Below are positions 1 to 7,484 of a stretch of DNA of 22,490 nt, one piece after another. Within the stretch, counting starts at the first letter, position 1; every line of letters starts with the position of its first letter. The DNA lies in contig JANRLW010000032.1 of assembly GCA_033762295.1 (NCBI GenBank), forward strand, positions 1-22,490, given 5' to 3'. Source of the stretch: Capsulimonadales bacterium (GTDB lineage: Bacteria; Armatimonadota; Armatimonadia; Armatimonadales; Armatimonadaceae). Both the position numbers and the translations under genes were made by a program. The notes under the pieces were generated by a model. It saw only the letters and a list, made by a program, of their open reading frames with translations, did no database searches and was not told the origin of the DNA.

Positions 1-358
<358 letters not shown>

Positions 359-568
359 ACGGTTCGGTTCCGCTCTCCCGCTTTGGGAGCCGCCTTCCCC
401 GGGAAGGCGGGGAGGGAACCCCCGAGTCTCGATACATTTCAATCGGAGGTCGTCGGCAGGTCCCGCGCGTGATCGTGGGACCGGCGGACGCGTCCGGGAT
501 GGACGGGAAATGGTCGAGCGCTTTGCCCGGCAGTGTTCGGATGTGCCCGTGAACGTAAAACACGTGAA

Positions 569-616
569 AACGTGAAATCATGAGATTGAACGTGAAATCA
601 TGAGATTGAACGTGAA
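569..616. repeat. Tandem repeat, 20-nt unit AACGTGAAATCATGAGATTG x2.4, in the 23S-5S spacer
   Basis: Exact copies at 569-588 and 589-608, plus partial AACGTGAA at 609-616. Degenerate CGTGAA/CGTAAA units precede it at 548-568. Confidence 0.95.
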
Positions 617-659
617 GAAGAGAACCGCGACTCCTTGACAGTGCCCTGAAAGTGGCCTG

Positions 660-690
660 TGTGCAAGGTATGTGCAAGGTTTGTGCAAGG
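660..690. repeat. Three direct repeats of TGTGCAAGG with an 11-nt period
   Basis: TGTGCAAGG at 660-668, 671-679 and 682-690. Confidence 0.95.
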
Positions 691-736
691 ATCGCGCGGT
701 GGATCGCTTTCCCGACTCCGTTGGATTGTGCGGATT

Positions 737-854
737 TTCTGGTCCTTCGGGCGCCTTGGCCCCACCCGTTCCCATTCCGAACACGGCCGTGAAACGAGGC
801 AGCGGCGACAATACTGAGCGGGCAACTGTTTGGGAAGATAGCACGGGGCCAGGA
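737..854 (+). rRNA. rrf: 5S rRNA
   Basis: Conserved CCCATTCCGAACAC...GTGAAAC core. Helix I pairs TTCTGGTCC (737-745) with GGGCCAGGA (846-854). Length about 118 nt, downstream of 23S. Confidence 0.95.
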
Positions 855-862
855 ATTGATGT

Positions 863-915
863 CAAGAGAGCCTGCACCTCTCGGGGGAACCCCCGAAGAG
901 GAGCAGGCTCTCTTG
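863..915 (+). terminator. Long hairpin after 5S, probable rRNA operon terminator or processing stem
   Basis: Perfect 13-bp outer stem CAAGAGAGCCTGC/GCAGGCTCTCTTG with inner stems CCTCT/AGAGG and a GC-rich TCGGGGGAACCCCCGA hairpin. There is no immediate U-tract. Confidence 0.6.
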
Positions 916-956
916 CGTTCGAGAGACCGGCGCTACGCTTTTTCACCGTTTTGCCG

Positions 957-962
957 TAAAAT
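957..962 (+). promoter_or_regulatory. Putative -10 box TAAAAT for a leaderless aat transcript
   Basis: TAAAAT lies 7 nt before ATG 970, and there is no Shine-Dalgarno sequence upstream. Confidence 0.55.
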
Positions 963-969
963 TCAAACC

Positions 970-1698
970 ATGCGCCGTATCGTTTTTCCTGACCCGCGGC
1001 ACGCCGGGCCGGAAGGAATCGTTGCCGTCGGCGGAGACCTTCGGCCCGAAACCCTCCTGACCGCTTACCGCGCCGGGATCTTCCCCTGGCCGCACGAAGG
1101 TTACCCTCTGCTCTGGTTTTGTCCCGAACGGCGCGCCATTCTCGACTTCTCCGAACTGCATATTCCCGAAAGTCTGGCCAAAGCCCGAAGGAAAACCTCC
1201 CTGACTTTTTCCATCGATACCGCGTTCGAACAGGTGATTCACTCCTGCCGCAGTACGCCGCGCCCGGATCAGGACGGAACCTGGATCACTCCCCGAATGA
1301 AAGCCGCTTACCTCGAACTGCATCGGCTCGGTTACGCCCATAGCGTGGAAGTCCGGAACGAAGCGAACGAGCTGGTCGGCGGACTTTACGGCGTCAGTGT
1401 CGACGGCGTCTACTCCGGCGAAAGCATGTTTCACCGGGTCTCCAACGCCAGCAAACTCGCCCTCCTCCATCTGATCGATCACCTGCGCGACCGGGGGGCG
1501 GATTTCATCGACATACAGCAGTTAACCCCGCATATGGCGGCCCTCGGCGCGAGGGAGATTCCAAGGGAGGCGTTTCTCGATCGCTGGAAAGCCGCCCGGG
1601 CGCGCGGGTTGACCCTGTTCGATCCCCCGGCCGTTCCCGAAACCGCCTTGCGCCGATTCTTCCCCTTCGGACCGAGAACACAGAATGGAAGTTCATAG
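970..1698 (+). CDS. aat: Leucyl/phenylalanyl-tRNA--protein transferase
   Basis: Motifs GGDL, AYRAGIFPW, GTWIT, AHSVEV, LVGGLYGV, GESMFH, NASKLAL, DIQQLTPH. Start moved to ATG 970 because the track start (856) lies next to the 5S end and the ORF would run through the hairpin. Confidence 0.95.
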   Translation: MRRIVFPDPRHAGPEGIVAVGGDLRPETLLTAYRAGIFPWPHEGYPLLWFCPERRAILDFSELHIPESLAKARRKTSLTFSIDTAFEQVIHSCRSTPRPDQDGTWITPRMKAAYLELHRLGYAHSVEVRNEANELVGGLYGVSVDGVYSGESMFHRVSNASKLALLHLIDHLRDRGADFIDIQQLTPHMAALGAREIPREAFLDRWKAARARGLTLFDPPAVPETALRRFFPFGPRTQNGSS

Positions 1699-2268
1699 AT
1701 GGAAACTCATAACCTGTTCGTAGCTTTTGCCGGAAGCGACCGTATCGCCCGGGGTAACCTCGCGGAGGTGACACGGCTCGTTCGCGAATTTGACCTTGGC
1801 GACCGAACGGATATTCTGATTTTCGATGCCAGAACCGCCCGACGGGTCGAGGCGGACCTCCGCACGTTTCCGGCCGTATCGGAGACGCGGCCGATGGAAG
1901 AAATGGAAGAACCCGTTCCGCAGCGACCGGATAGGCCCCGGCCGGGGGTCGTGCCAGGCGAGGTTACCCTGCTGCCGCGCCACTGGGAATGGCTGGATCG
2001 CCAACCGGGCGGCGCATCGGTCGCACTGCGTCGGTTGGTGGACGAAGCGAGAAAAGCCAATGCGGAGAAGGACCGTATTCGGGAAGCGCAGGAGGCCGCC
2101 TACCGTTTCATGGCGACCCTGGCCGGAAACGAACCCGGGTTCGAGGAGGCATCCCGCGCCCTGTTCGCATCGAACAAAGAGCGATTCGCGGAGCGGATCG
2201 CCGCCTGGCCCCCTGATGTTCGTGATTTCACGATGCAACTAGCCAACCCGGCCTTTGATAATGAATGA
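1699..2268 (+). CDS. DUF2239 family protein
   Basis: Signature EVTLLPRHWEWL..QPGGASVALRRLVDEAR, plus AYRFM..LAGN.PGFEEASRALFA and WP.DVR. The start codon directly follows the aat stop. Confidence 0.85.
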   Translation: METHNLFVAFAGSDRIARGNLAEVTRLVREFDLGDRTDILIFDARTARRVEADLRTFPAVSETRPMEEMEEPVPQRPDRPRPGVVPGEVTLLPRHWEWLDRQPGGASVALRRLVDEARKANAEKDRIREAQEAAYRFMATLAGNEPGFEEASRALFASNKERFAERIAAWPPDVRDFTMQLANPAFDNE

Positions 2269-2269
2269 C

Positions 2270-4087
2270 CTACGTCTTCCGAGATTCCAACTCCTCCCAG
2301 CGGGCGTAAAGGGTGGCGACGGCTTCGCGGGCCGTTTCCGCGCCGGTCCAGGCCTCCTGCAGTTTCGCGGGATCGCGGGTGACCGCCGGATCCGCCAGAG
2401 ATCTCTCCCAGCGGGCGACCGCCTCTTCGGCCTCGAGAATCTTGCCCTCGATCTGCGCCAGTTCCCGGCGTTCGGCGGTCGATAACGCCGGTTTCGACTC
2501 CGTTACGCCGGGTTTTACCGAAGCGGCGGCAGGCTTCTGTGATACCGACGGCGGCGCCGCCGGTACCGCCCGCGCCGCCTCATACTGTTCGAAGTCCGCG
2601 AAGAGCCGAACCGTGCCGTCGCCCATCAGACCGAGAATTTCCGTCGCCACCTGGTCCAGCAGAAACCGGTCGTGAGTCACCAGAACGACCGCTCCCGAAA
2701 AGGTGGTCAGGCTCTCGCCCAGAATATCGAGTGTCGGGATATCCAGGTCGTTCGTCGGTTCATCGAGTACCAGGATATCCGCCGGCTGAAGCATGAGCTT
2801 CGCCATCAGCAGACGGGACTGCTCGCCGCCGGAAAGTGCGCTGACGCTCTGCGGCAGCTGATCCTGACGGAAAAGGAAGCGTTTCGCCCATCCGCTGACA
2901 TGCATCGGGTTGCCGCGATAGACGACCGTATCGCTATTCGGGCTGAGGGCATCCCGCAGGGTCAACGATCGGTCGATCCCTGTCCGATTCTGATCGAAGC
3001 GAACGATCTTCAGATCCGCCGCCTGTTTGACCGTGCCCGAATCCGGCAGCAGTTCGCCCGTCATTAACCGCAACAGGGTCGTTTTGCCCGCGCCGTTCGG
3101 CCCGACGATGCCGACACGCCGACGGGGAGACAGAACCGCGTCGACGTTCCGGAGGATCTCCCGCCCGCCCAGGGATTTGCCGACCCCTTTCAGGACAATC
3201 ATTTCCCTGGTCATGCGTCCGGACGCGGAAAAGTCCATCCCGGCGACTTCGCGGTCGGCCAGCGTGTTGCGAGTCTTCAATTCCTTCAGGTCGGAGATCA
3301 AGCCCTCCGCCTGCTCGATCCGACCTTTCGCTTTGGTCGTGCGCGCCTTGGCGCCGCGTTTTAGCCACTCGACCTCCCGGCGAACGACCGAGGCGAGCGC
3401 CTGCTCCTCCCGGTTCTGCCGTTCGAAATACTCCTCGCGCTTCTCCAGGAAATCGCTGTACGCGCCTTCGGCGGCGAAAAAACCGCCCGCATACGCCGGG
3501 TTCAGATCGATCACGCGTTTCGCCACGTTTTCCAGGAAGTAACGGTCGTGCGAGATCAGAAGGAAGGCGAAGACGGCGTTCGTGAGGTAATCCTCAAGCC
3601 AGAGGACGCCCTCCAGATCAAGATGGTTGGTCGGCTCGTCCAGCAGCATCAGGTCCGGTTCGACGATGGCCGCCCGTGCAATCGCCAGACGCTTCCGCCA
3701 ACCGCCCGAAAGCGTTGCGGTCCGCTGTCCCCGATCGGCGAAACGCATCTCCTCCAGAATCCGCTCGATCCGCAGTTCGCTCTCGGTATCGTCGAGGCTG
3801 AAGGGCGTCAAAGCGTCGCGAAGAACCCCTTCGACGGTCGCGTCGTTCGGAAAGCTCTCCTCCTGTGGCACGTACGCCAGTCGGACGCCTTTCCGCAGAA
3901 CGACCGTTCCGCCGTCCGGCTTCTCCAACCCGGCGATCAGGCGCAGAAGCGTCGATTTGCCCGAACCGTTCGGCCCGATCAGAGCGGCATGTTCGTTCTC
4001 TTCGATGCCGAACGAAAGCCCGTCGAAGAGAGGACGGGCGGCGAACGCTTTGGTGACCGATTGACAGGAAACAAGGGGCGATGCCAT
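2270..4087 (-). CDS. uup: ABC-F family ATPase, Uup-like
   Basis: Two ABC domains (GPNGSGKS/LSGGW/LLDEPTNHLD and GPNGAGKT/LSGGE/VLDEPTNDLD), no TM segments, linker WLKRGAKARTTKAK, and a C-terminal coiled coil ending RWEELE. Start taken at MASPLV (4087). Confidence 0.85.
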   Translation of the reverse strand: MASPLVSCQSVTKAFAARPLFDGLSFGIEENEHAALIGPNGSGKSTLLRLIAGLEKPDGGTVVLRKGVRLAYVPQEESFPNDATVEGVLRDALTPFSLDDTESELRIERILEEMRFADRGQRTATLSGGWRKRLAIARAAIVEPDLMLLDEPTNHLDLEGVLWLEDYLTNAVFAFLLISHDRYFLENVAKRVIDLNPAYAGGFFAAEGAYSDFLEKREEYFERQNREEQALASVVRREVEWLKRGAKARTTKAKGRIEQAEGLISDLKELKTRNTLADREVAGMDFSASGRMTREMIVLKGVGKSLGGREILRNVDAVLSPRRRVGIVGPNGAGKTTLLRLMTGELLPDSGTVKQAADLKIVRFDQNRTGIDRSLTLRDALSPNSDTVVYRGNPMHVSGWAKRFLFRQDQLPQSVSALSGGEQSRLLMAKLMLQPADILVLDEPTNDLDIPTLDILGESLTTFSGAVVLVTHDRFLLDQVATEILGLMGDGTVRLFADFEQYEAARAVPAAPPSVSQKPAAASVKPGVTESKPALSTAERRELAQIEGKILEAEEAVARWERSLADPAVTRDPAKLQEAWTGAETAREAVATLYARWEELESRKT

Positions 4088-4260
4088 AGCAATGGCTAGT
4101 ATACCGTGCCACGGAACTCCGGTCGGGCATCGGAAACGCGTGGGGCGGCGGAATTTTGACGGGACCCGGGAACCGGGAGAGAGGGAACCCGTCCCGCCGG
4201 GTAAAATGCGCATACCATGGGTGCCGTCTCGGTTCGGACGCCCGACGACTAAGGAACAGG

Positions 4261-5472
4261 ATGACAGCCATCACAATGACAATGCGTGGCGTACCGCCGG
4301 ACCCGCGGGACATGGTACGGGTCGGTTTTATCGGAGTCGGCGGACGGGGCGCTTACCTGATGGGCGATATCCTCGCGATGCCCGATGCGGTGGTAACCGC
4401 CGTTTGCGATCGGAACGAAGCCGCCGTCCGCCAGGTCATTCAACGAGCCGTCGACCGCGGAAAACCCGCGCCGCAGGGGTTCAGCGGTATGGAAGGGTAC
4501 GAGTACCTCCTCGCCCAGGATTTCGACCTCCTGTATATCGCGACCTCCTGGCAGTCGCATGCCTCGCTCGCCGTCGCCGCAATGGAGGCCGGTAAACACG
4601 TTGCCGTGGAAGTGCCCGCCGCCATTACGATGGAGGAGTGCTGGCAACTGGTGGAAACGTCGGAGCGGACCCGTCGGCATTGCGTCATGCTGGAGAACTG
4701 CTGTTACGGCTACTGGGAGATGATGGTGATCCGGATGGCGCGTGCCGGCTTGTTCGGAACGCTGACCCATGCCGAGTGCGCCTATATCCATGACCTTCGC
4801 TCGATGTTTTTCGATCCGTCCGATCAGCATCACTGGCGTCGGCATCAACACATCGTCCGTGATGGCAACCTATACCCCACACACGGTCTTGGCCCGGTCG
4901 CTTGGGCGTTGGATATCGGAACCTCGGACGAGATCGACTTTCTGGTCTCGGTCAGCAGCCGGGAGGCGGGGCTGTCGGAGTACCGCGCGCGTTCTCTGGC
5001 AAACGACGACCCACGTCGAGCCGAGACGTACCTCTGCGGCGATATGAACCTTTCGATCCTGCGGACGCGCCTCGGTCGGACCATCGTCGTACAGCACGAT
5101 GTGGTGACGCCCCGTCCGTACGACCGGATTTTCCTGATCGCCGGTACGCATGGCGCGTTTCGCGATTATCCGCCGCGCCTCTTTCTGGACGGCAAAGGAA
5201 GCCATGACGAATGGCTCGACCCGAACGACTACAAAGCCGAGTGGGAGGACCCGCTCTGGACACAACAGGGAGAGATCGCGCGGGCAAACGGCGGCCATGG
5301 CGGGATGGACTTCCTGATGAACTACCGTCTGATTCAGGCATTCCGCAACGGTACCCCGCCGGATATGGATGTCTACGACGCCGCGCTCTGGAGCGCCATC
5401 GGGCCTCTCTCGGACCAGTCCGTCGCCGCCCGCTCCGCTCCGGTCACCGTCCCGGACTTTCAGCGTCGGTAG
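4261..5472 (+). CDS. Gfo/Idh/MocA family oxidoreductase, GH109 (alpha-N-acetylgalactosaminidase)-like
   Basis: Rossmann motif GFIGVGGRG, GKHVAVEVP, LENCCY, GNLYPTHGLGP, GGHGGMD and DVYDAA.WS, all typical of GH109. An SD-like AAGGA precedes ATG 4261. Confidence 0.85.
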   Translation: MTAITMTMRGVPPDPRDMVRVGFIGVGGRGAYLMGDILAMPDAVVTAVCDRNEAAVRQVIQRAVDRGKPAPQGFSGMEGYEYLLAQDFDLLYIATSWQSHASLAVAAMEAGKHVAVEVPAAITMEECWQLVETSERTRRHCVMLENCCYGYWEMMVIRMARAGLFGTLTHAECAYIHDLRSMFFDPSDQHHWRRHQHIVRDGNLYPTHGLGPVAWALDIGTSDEIDFLVSVSSREAGLSEYRARSLANDDPRRAETYLCGDMNLSILRTRLGRTIVVQHDVVTPRPYDRIFLIAGTHGAFRDYPPRLFLDGKGSHDEWLDPNDYKAEWEDPLWTQQGEIARANGGHGGMDFLMNYRLIQAFRNGTPPDMDVYDAALWSAIGPLSDQSVAARSAPVTVPDFQRR

Positions 5473-5488
5473 CCGCAATTCCCGATCA

Positions 5489-5506
5489 CCTCCCCTTCCG
5501 GGGAGG
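5489..5506. terminator. Hairpin between the convergent GH109-like gene and dapA
   Basis: CCTCCCC-TTCC-GGGGAGG 7-bp stem, extendable by CCCG/CGGG. No U-tract. Confidence 0.4.
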
Positions 5507-5551
5507 AAGCGACCGGGTAACGCGATTGCCGATCCGGGTGTGTCAATGTCG

Positions 5552-6448
5552 TCAAGCGCCGATATCGTAGGCGCGGAGGGCGGCGGCGACGACGTCTTTT
5601 TCACTGTCCGTCAGTTCGGTCATCGGGAGGCGTAGCCCGCCCACTTCCTGCCCGAGTAGGGAGAGAGCGAATTTGACCGGCGCAGGCGATGGCGCGGAGA
5701 ACAATGCTTTCGTGATCGGCAGCGTCTTCAGGAAGAGACGGGCGGCCTCGTCCTGCCTGCCGTCGAACCAGGCTTCGTGGACCGCCTGAATATCGGGTCC
5801 GATGATGTGCGAAACGACCGAGATGACCCCCGCGCCGCCCAGCGCCAGCAGCGGAAGAATCGTGCCGTCGTCACCGGAATAGACATCGAAATCATCCGGC
5901 GTCAGACGAAGAATCTCGCCGATCTGAACCAGGTTTGCCGACGCTTCCTTGGTGCCGACGATGTTCGGGACATCGGTGGCGAGTCGGGCGGTGGTCGAGG
6001 CCTCGATATTGACGATCGTCCGGCCGGGAACGTTGTAAAGGTACACCGGACAGGTCACCGATTCGGCGACCGCGCGGAAGTGCCGGTAGAGCCCCTCCTG
6101 AGACGGCTTGTTGTAGTATCCGGCGGCGCACAACAGCGCCGACGCCCCGGCCGACTCGGATCGGACCGCCAGTTCGATGACCTCGTCGGTAAAGTTGCCG
6201 CCCGCGCCCGCCATCACCCGCTCACTGCCCACCGCGTCGGAAATGGCCGATACCAGGGCCAGTTTCTCCTCCGGAGTGGTCGTCGGCGATTCGCCCGTCG
6301 TGCCGTTGACGACGAGCGCATCCGATCCGTGCGCCAGCAGCCATCGGGCCAGATCGACCGCCCGGTTCAGGTCCACCTGACCGGCCGTATTAAAGGGAGT
6401 GACCATCGCGGTCAGCACCCGTGCGAAGCGTCCCTGACTGCCTCTCAT
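5552..6448 (-). CDS. dapA: 4-hydroxy-tetrahydrodipicolinate synthase
   Basis: TAMVTPF, GTTGESPT, YYNKPSQEGLYRHF, LYNVPGRT, Schiff-base Lys in GTKEAS, YSGDD. ATGA overlap with the asd stop. Confidence 0.96.
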   Translation of the reverse strand: MRGSQGRFARVLTAMVTPFNTAGQVDLNRAVDLARWLLAHGSDALVVNGTTGESPTTTPEEKLALVSAISDAVGSERVMAGAGGNFTDEVIELAVRSESAGASALLCAAGYYNKPSQEGLYRHFRAVAESVTCPVYLYNVPGRTIVNIEASTTARLATDVPNIVGTKEASANLVQIGEILRLTPDDFDVYSGDDGTILPLLALGGAGVISVVSHIIGPDIQAVHEAWFDGRQDEAARLFLKTLPITKALFSAPSPAPVKFALSLLGQEVGGLRLPMTELTDSEKDVVAAALRAYDIGA

Positions 6449-7476
6449 GCGCGCACCCCCTTGACCGCGTCGCGGGCGATCAGATATTCCGCGATCTGGA
6501 ACCCGTTGAGCGCCGCTCCCTTGAGAATCTGGTCGCCGGACAGGAAAAGGTCGAGAGCGTTCGGATGGCTCAAATCCTCGCGCAGACGTCCGACAAGCAC
6601 TTCATCCTTCCCGGAGGCGTCGAGCGGCATCGGGAAGTAATTGGTGGCGCGGTCATCGACCACCCGGACGCCGGGGAAGTTTTCCAGCGCCTTCCGGCAG
6701 GTGTCCGGATCAGGGCGCGGCCCGGCGAACTCGATGTTCAGGCTTTCGGAATGGGCGCGTGGGATCGGAACACGGATACAGGTCGCCGTCACCGCCAGGT
6801 CGGGCAGACCGAGGATCTTCCGTGTCTCATAGACCATCTTCCGCTCCTCCTCGTTGTAGCCGGTGTCGTCGATCGCCGTGTTATGGGAAAAGAGGTTGAA
6901 GGCGATTTGATGCGGGAACGATTCCCTGACAATCTCGCCGCCGGTCAGGACCGCCCGCGTCTGCTCCTCCAGTTCGCGCATCGCCGCCGCACCCGCGCCG
7001 GAAGCCGCCTGGTAGGTCGATACCACCACACGCCGAATCGGCGCCAGATCGAGCAACGGCTTCAGCGCCATCACCATCAGGATCGTGGAACAGTTGGGAT
7101 TGGCGAGGATACCGCGGTGGGAAAGGGCCGCTTCGCCGTTCACTTCGGGAACCACGAGCGGAACGTCCGGGTGGAGGCGGAACGCCGACGAGTTGTCGAT
7201 CACCGTCGCCCCCGCTTCCACCGCGAGCGGCGCGAACTGCCGCGACCGCGCGCCGCCCGCCGAGAAGAACGCGATGTCGATCCCGTCGAAACTTCCGTCC
7301 GTCAATTCCGTGACCGGCAGGGACTCCCCGCGAAACGAGAGGGTCTTTCCTGCCGAACGGGCGGACGCCAGCAAGCGAAGATGCGCCAGCGGAAACGGAC
7401 GTTCCTCGAGCAAGCGCAGGAACTCCGCGCCGACCGCTCCGGTCGCCCCGACGACCGCGATGTTGCAACCGTTCAT
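6445..7476 (-). CDS. asd: Aspartate-semialdehyde dehydrogenase
   Basis: VVGATGAVG, IDNSSAFR, VVPEVN, ANPNCST (catalytic Cys), STYQAASGAG, RAHSES, KGAALN. SD AGGAG precedes ATG 7476. Confidence 0.96.
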   Translation of the reverse strand: MNGCNIAVVGATGAVGAEFLRLLEERPFPLAHLRLLASARSAGKTLSFRGESLPVTELTDGSFDGIDIAFFSAGGARSRQFAPLAVEAGATVIDNSSAFRLHPDVPLVVPEVNGEAALSHRGILANPNCSTILMVMALKPLLDLAPIRRVVVSTYQAASGAGAAAMRELEEQTRAVLTGGEIVRESFPHQIAFNLFSHNTAIDDTGYNEEERKMVYETRKILGLPDLAVTATCIRVPIPRAHSESLNIEFAGPRPDPDTCRKALENFPGVRVVDDRATNYFPMPLDASGKDEVLVGRLREDLSHPNALDLFLSGDQILKGAALNGFQIAEYLIARDAVKGVRA

Positions 7477-7484
7477 CTCTCCTA

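Noticed and set aside
366..425. tRNA in the 23S-5S spacer
   Set aside because: A multibranch fold is present, but there is no T-loop (TTCRA) or D-loop consensus.
548..690. Possible CRISPR array
   Set aside because: The repeats are directly tandem (20-nt and 11-nt periods) with no unique spacers, and no cas genes are present.
660..690. TGTGCAAGG as DnaA boxes / oriC
   Set aside because: Three mismatches to TGTGNATAA, and no dnaA or unwinding-element context.
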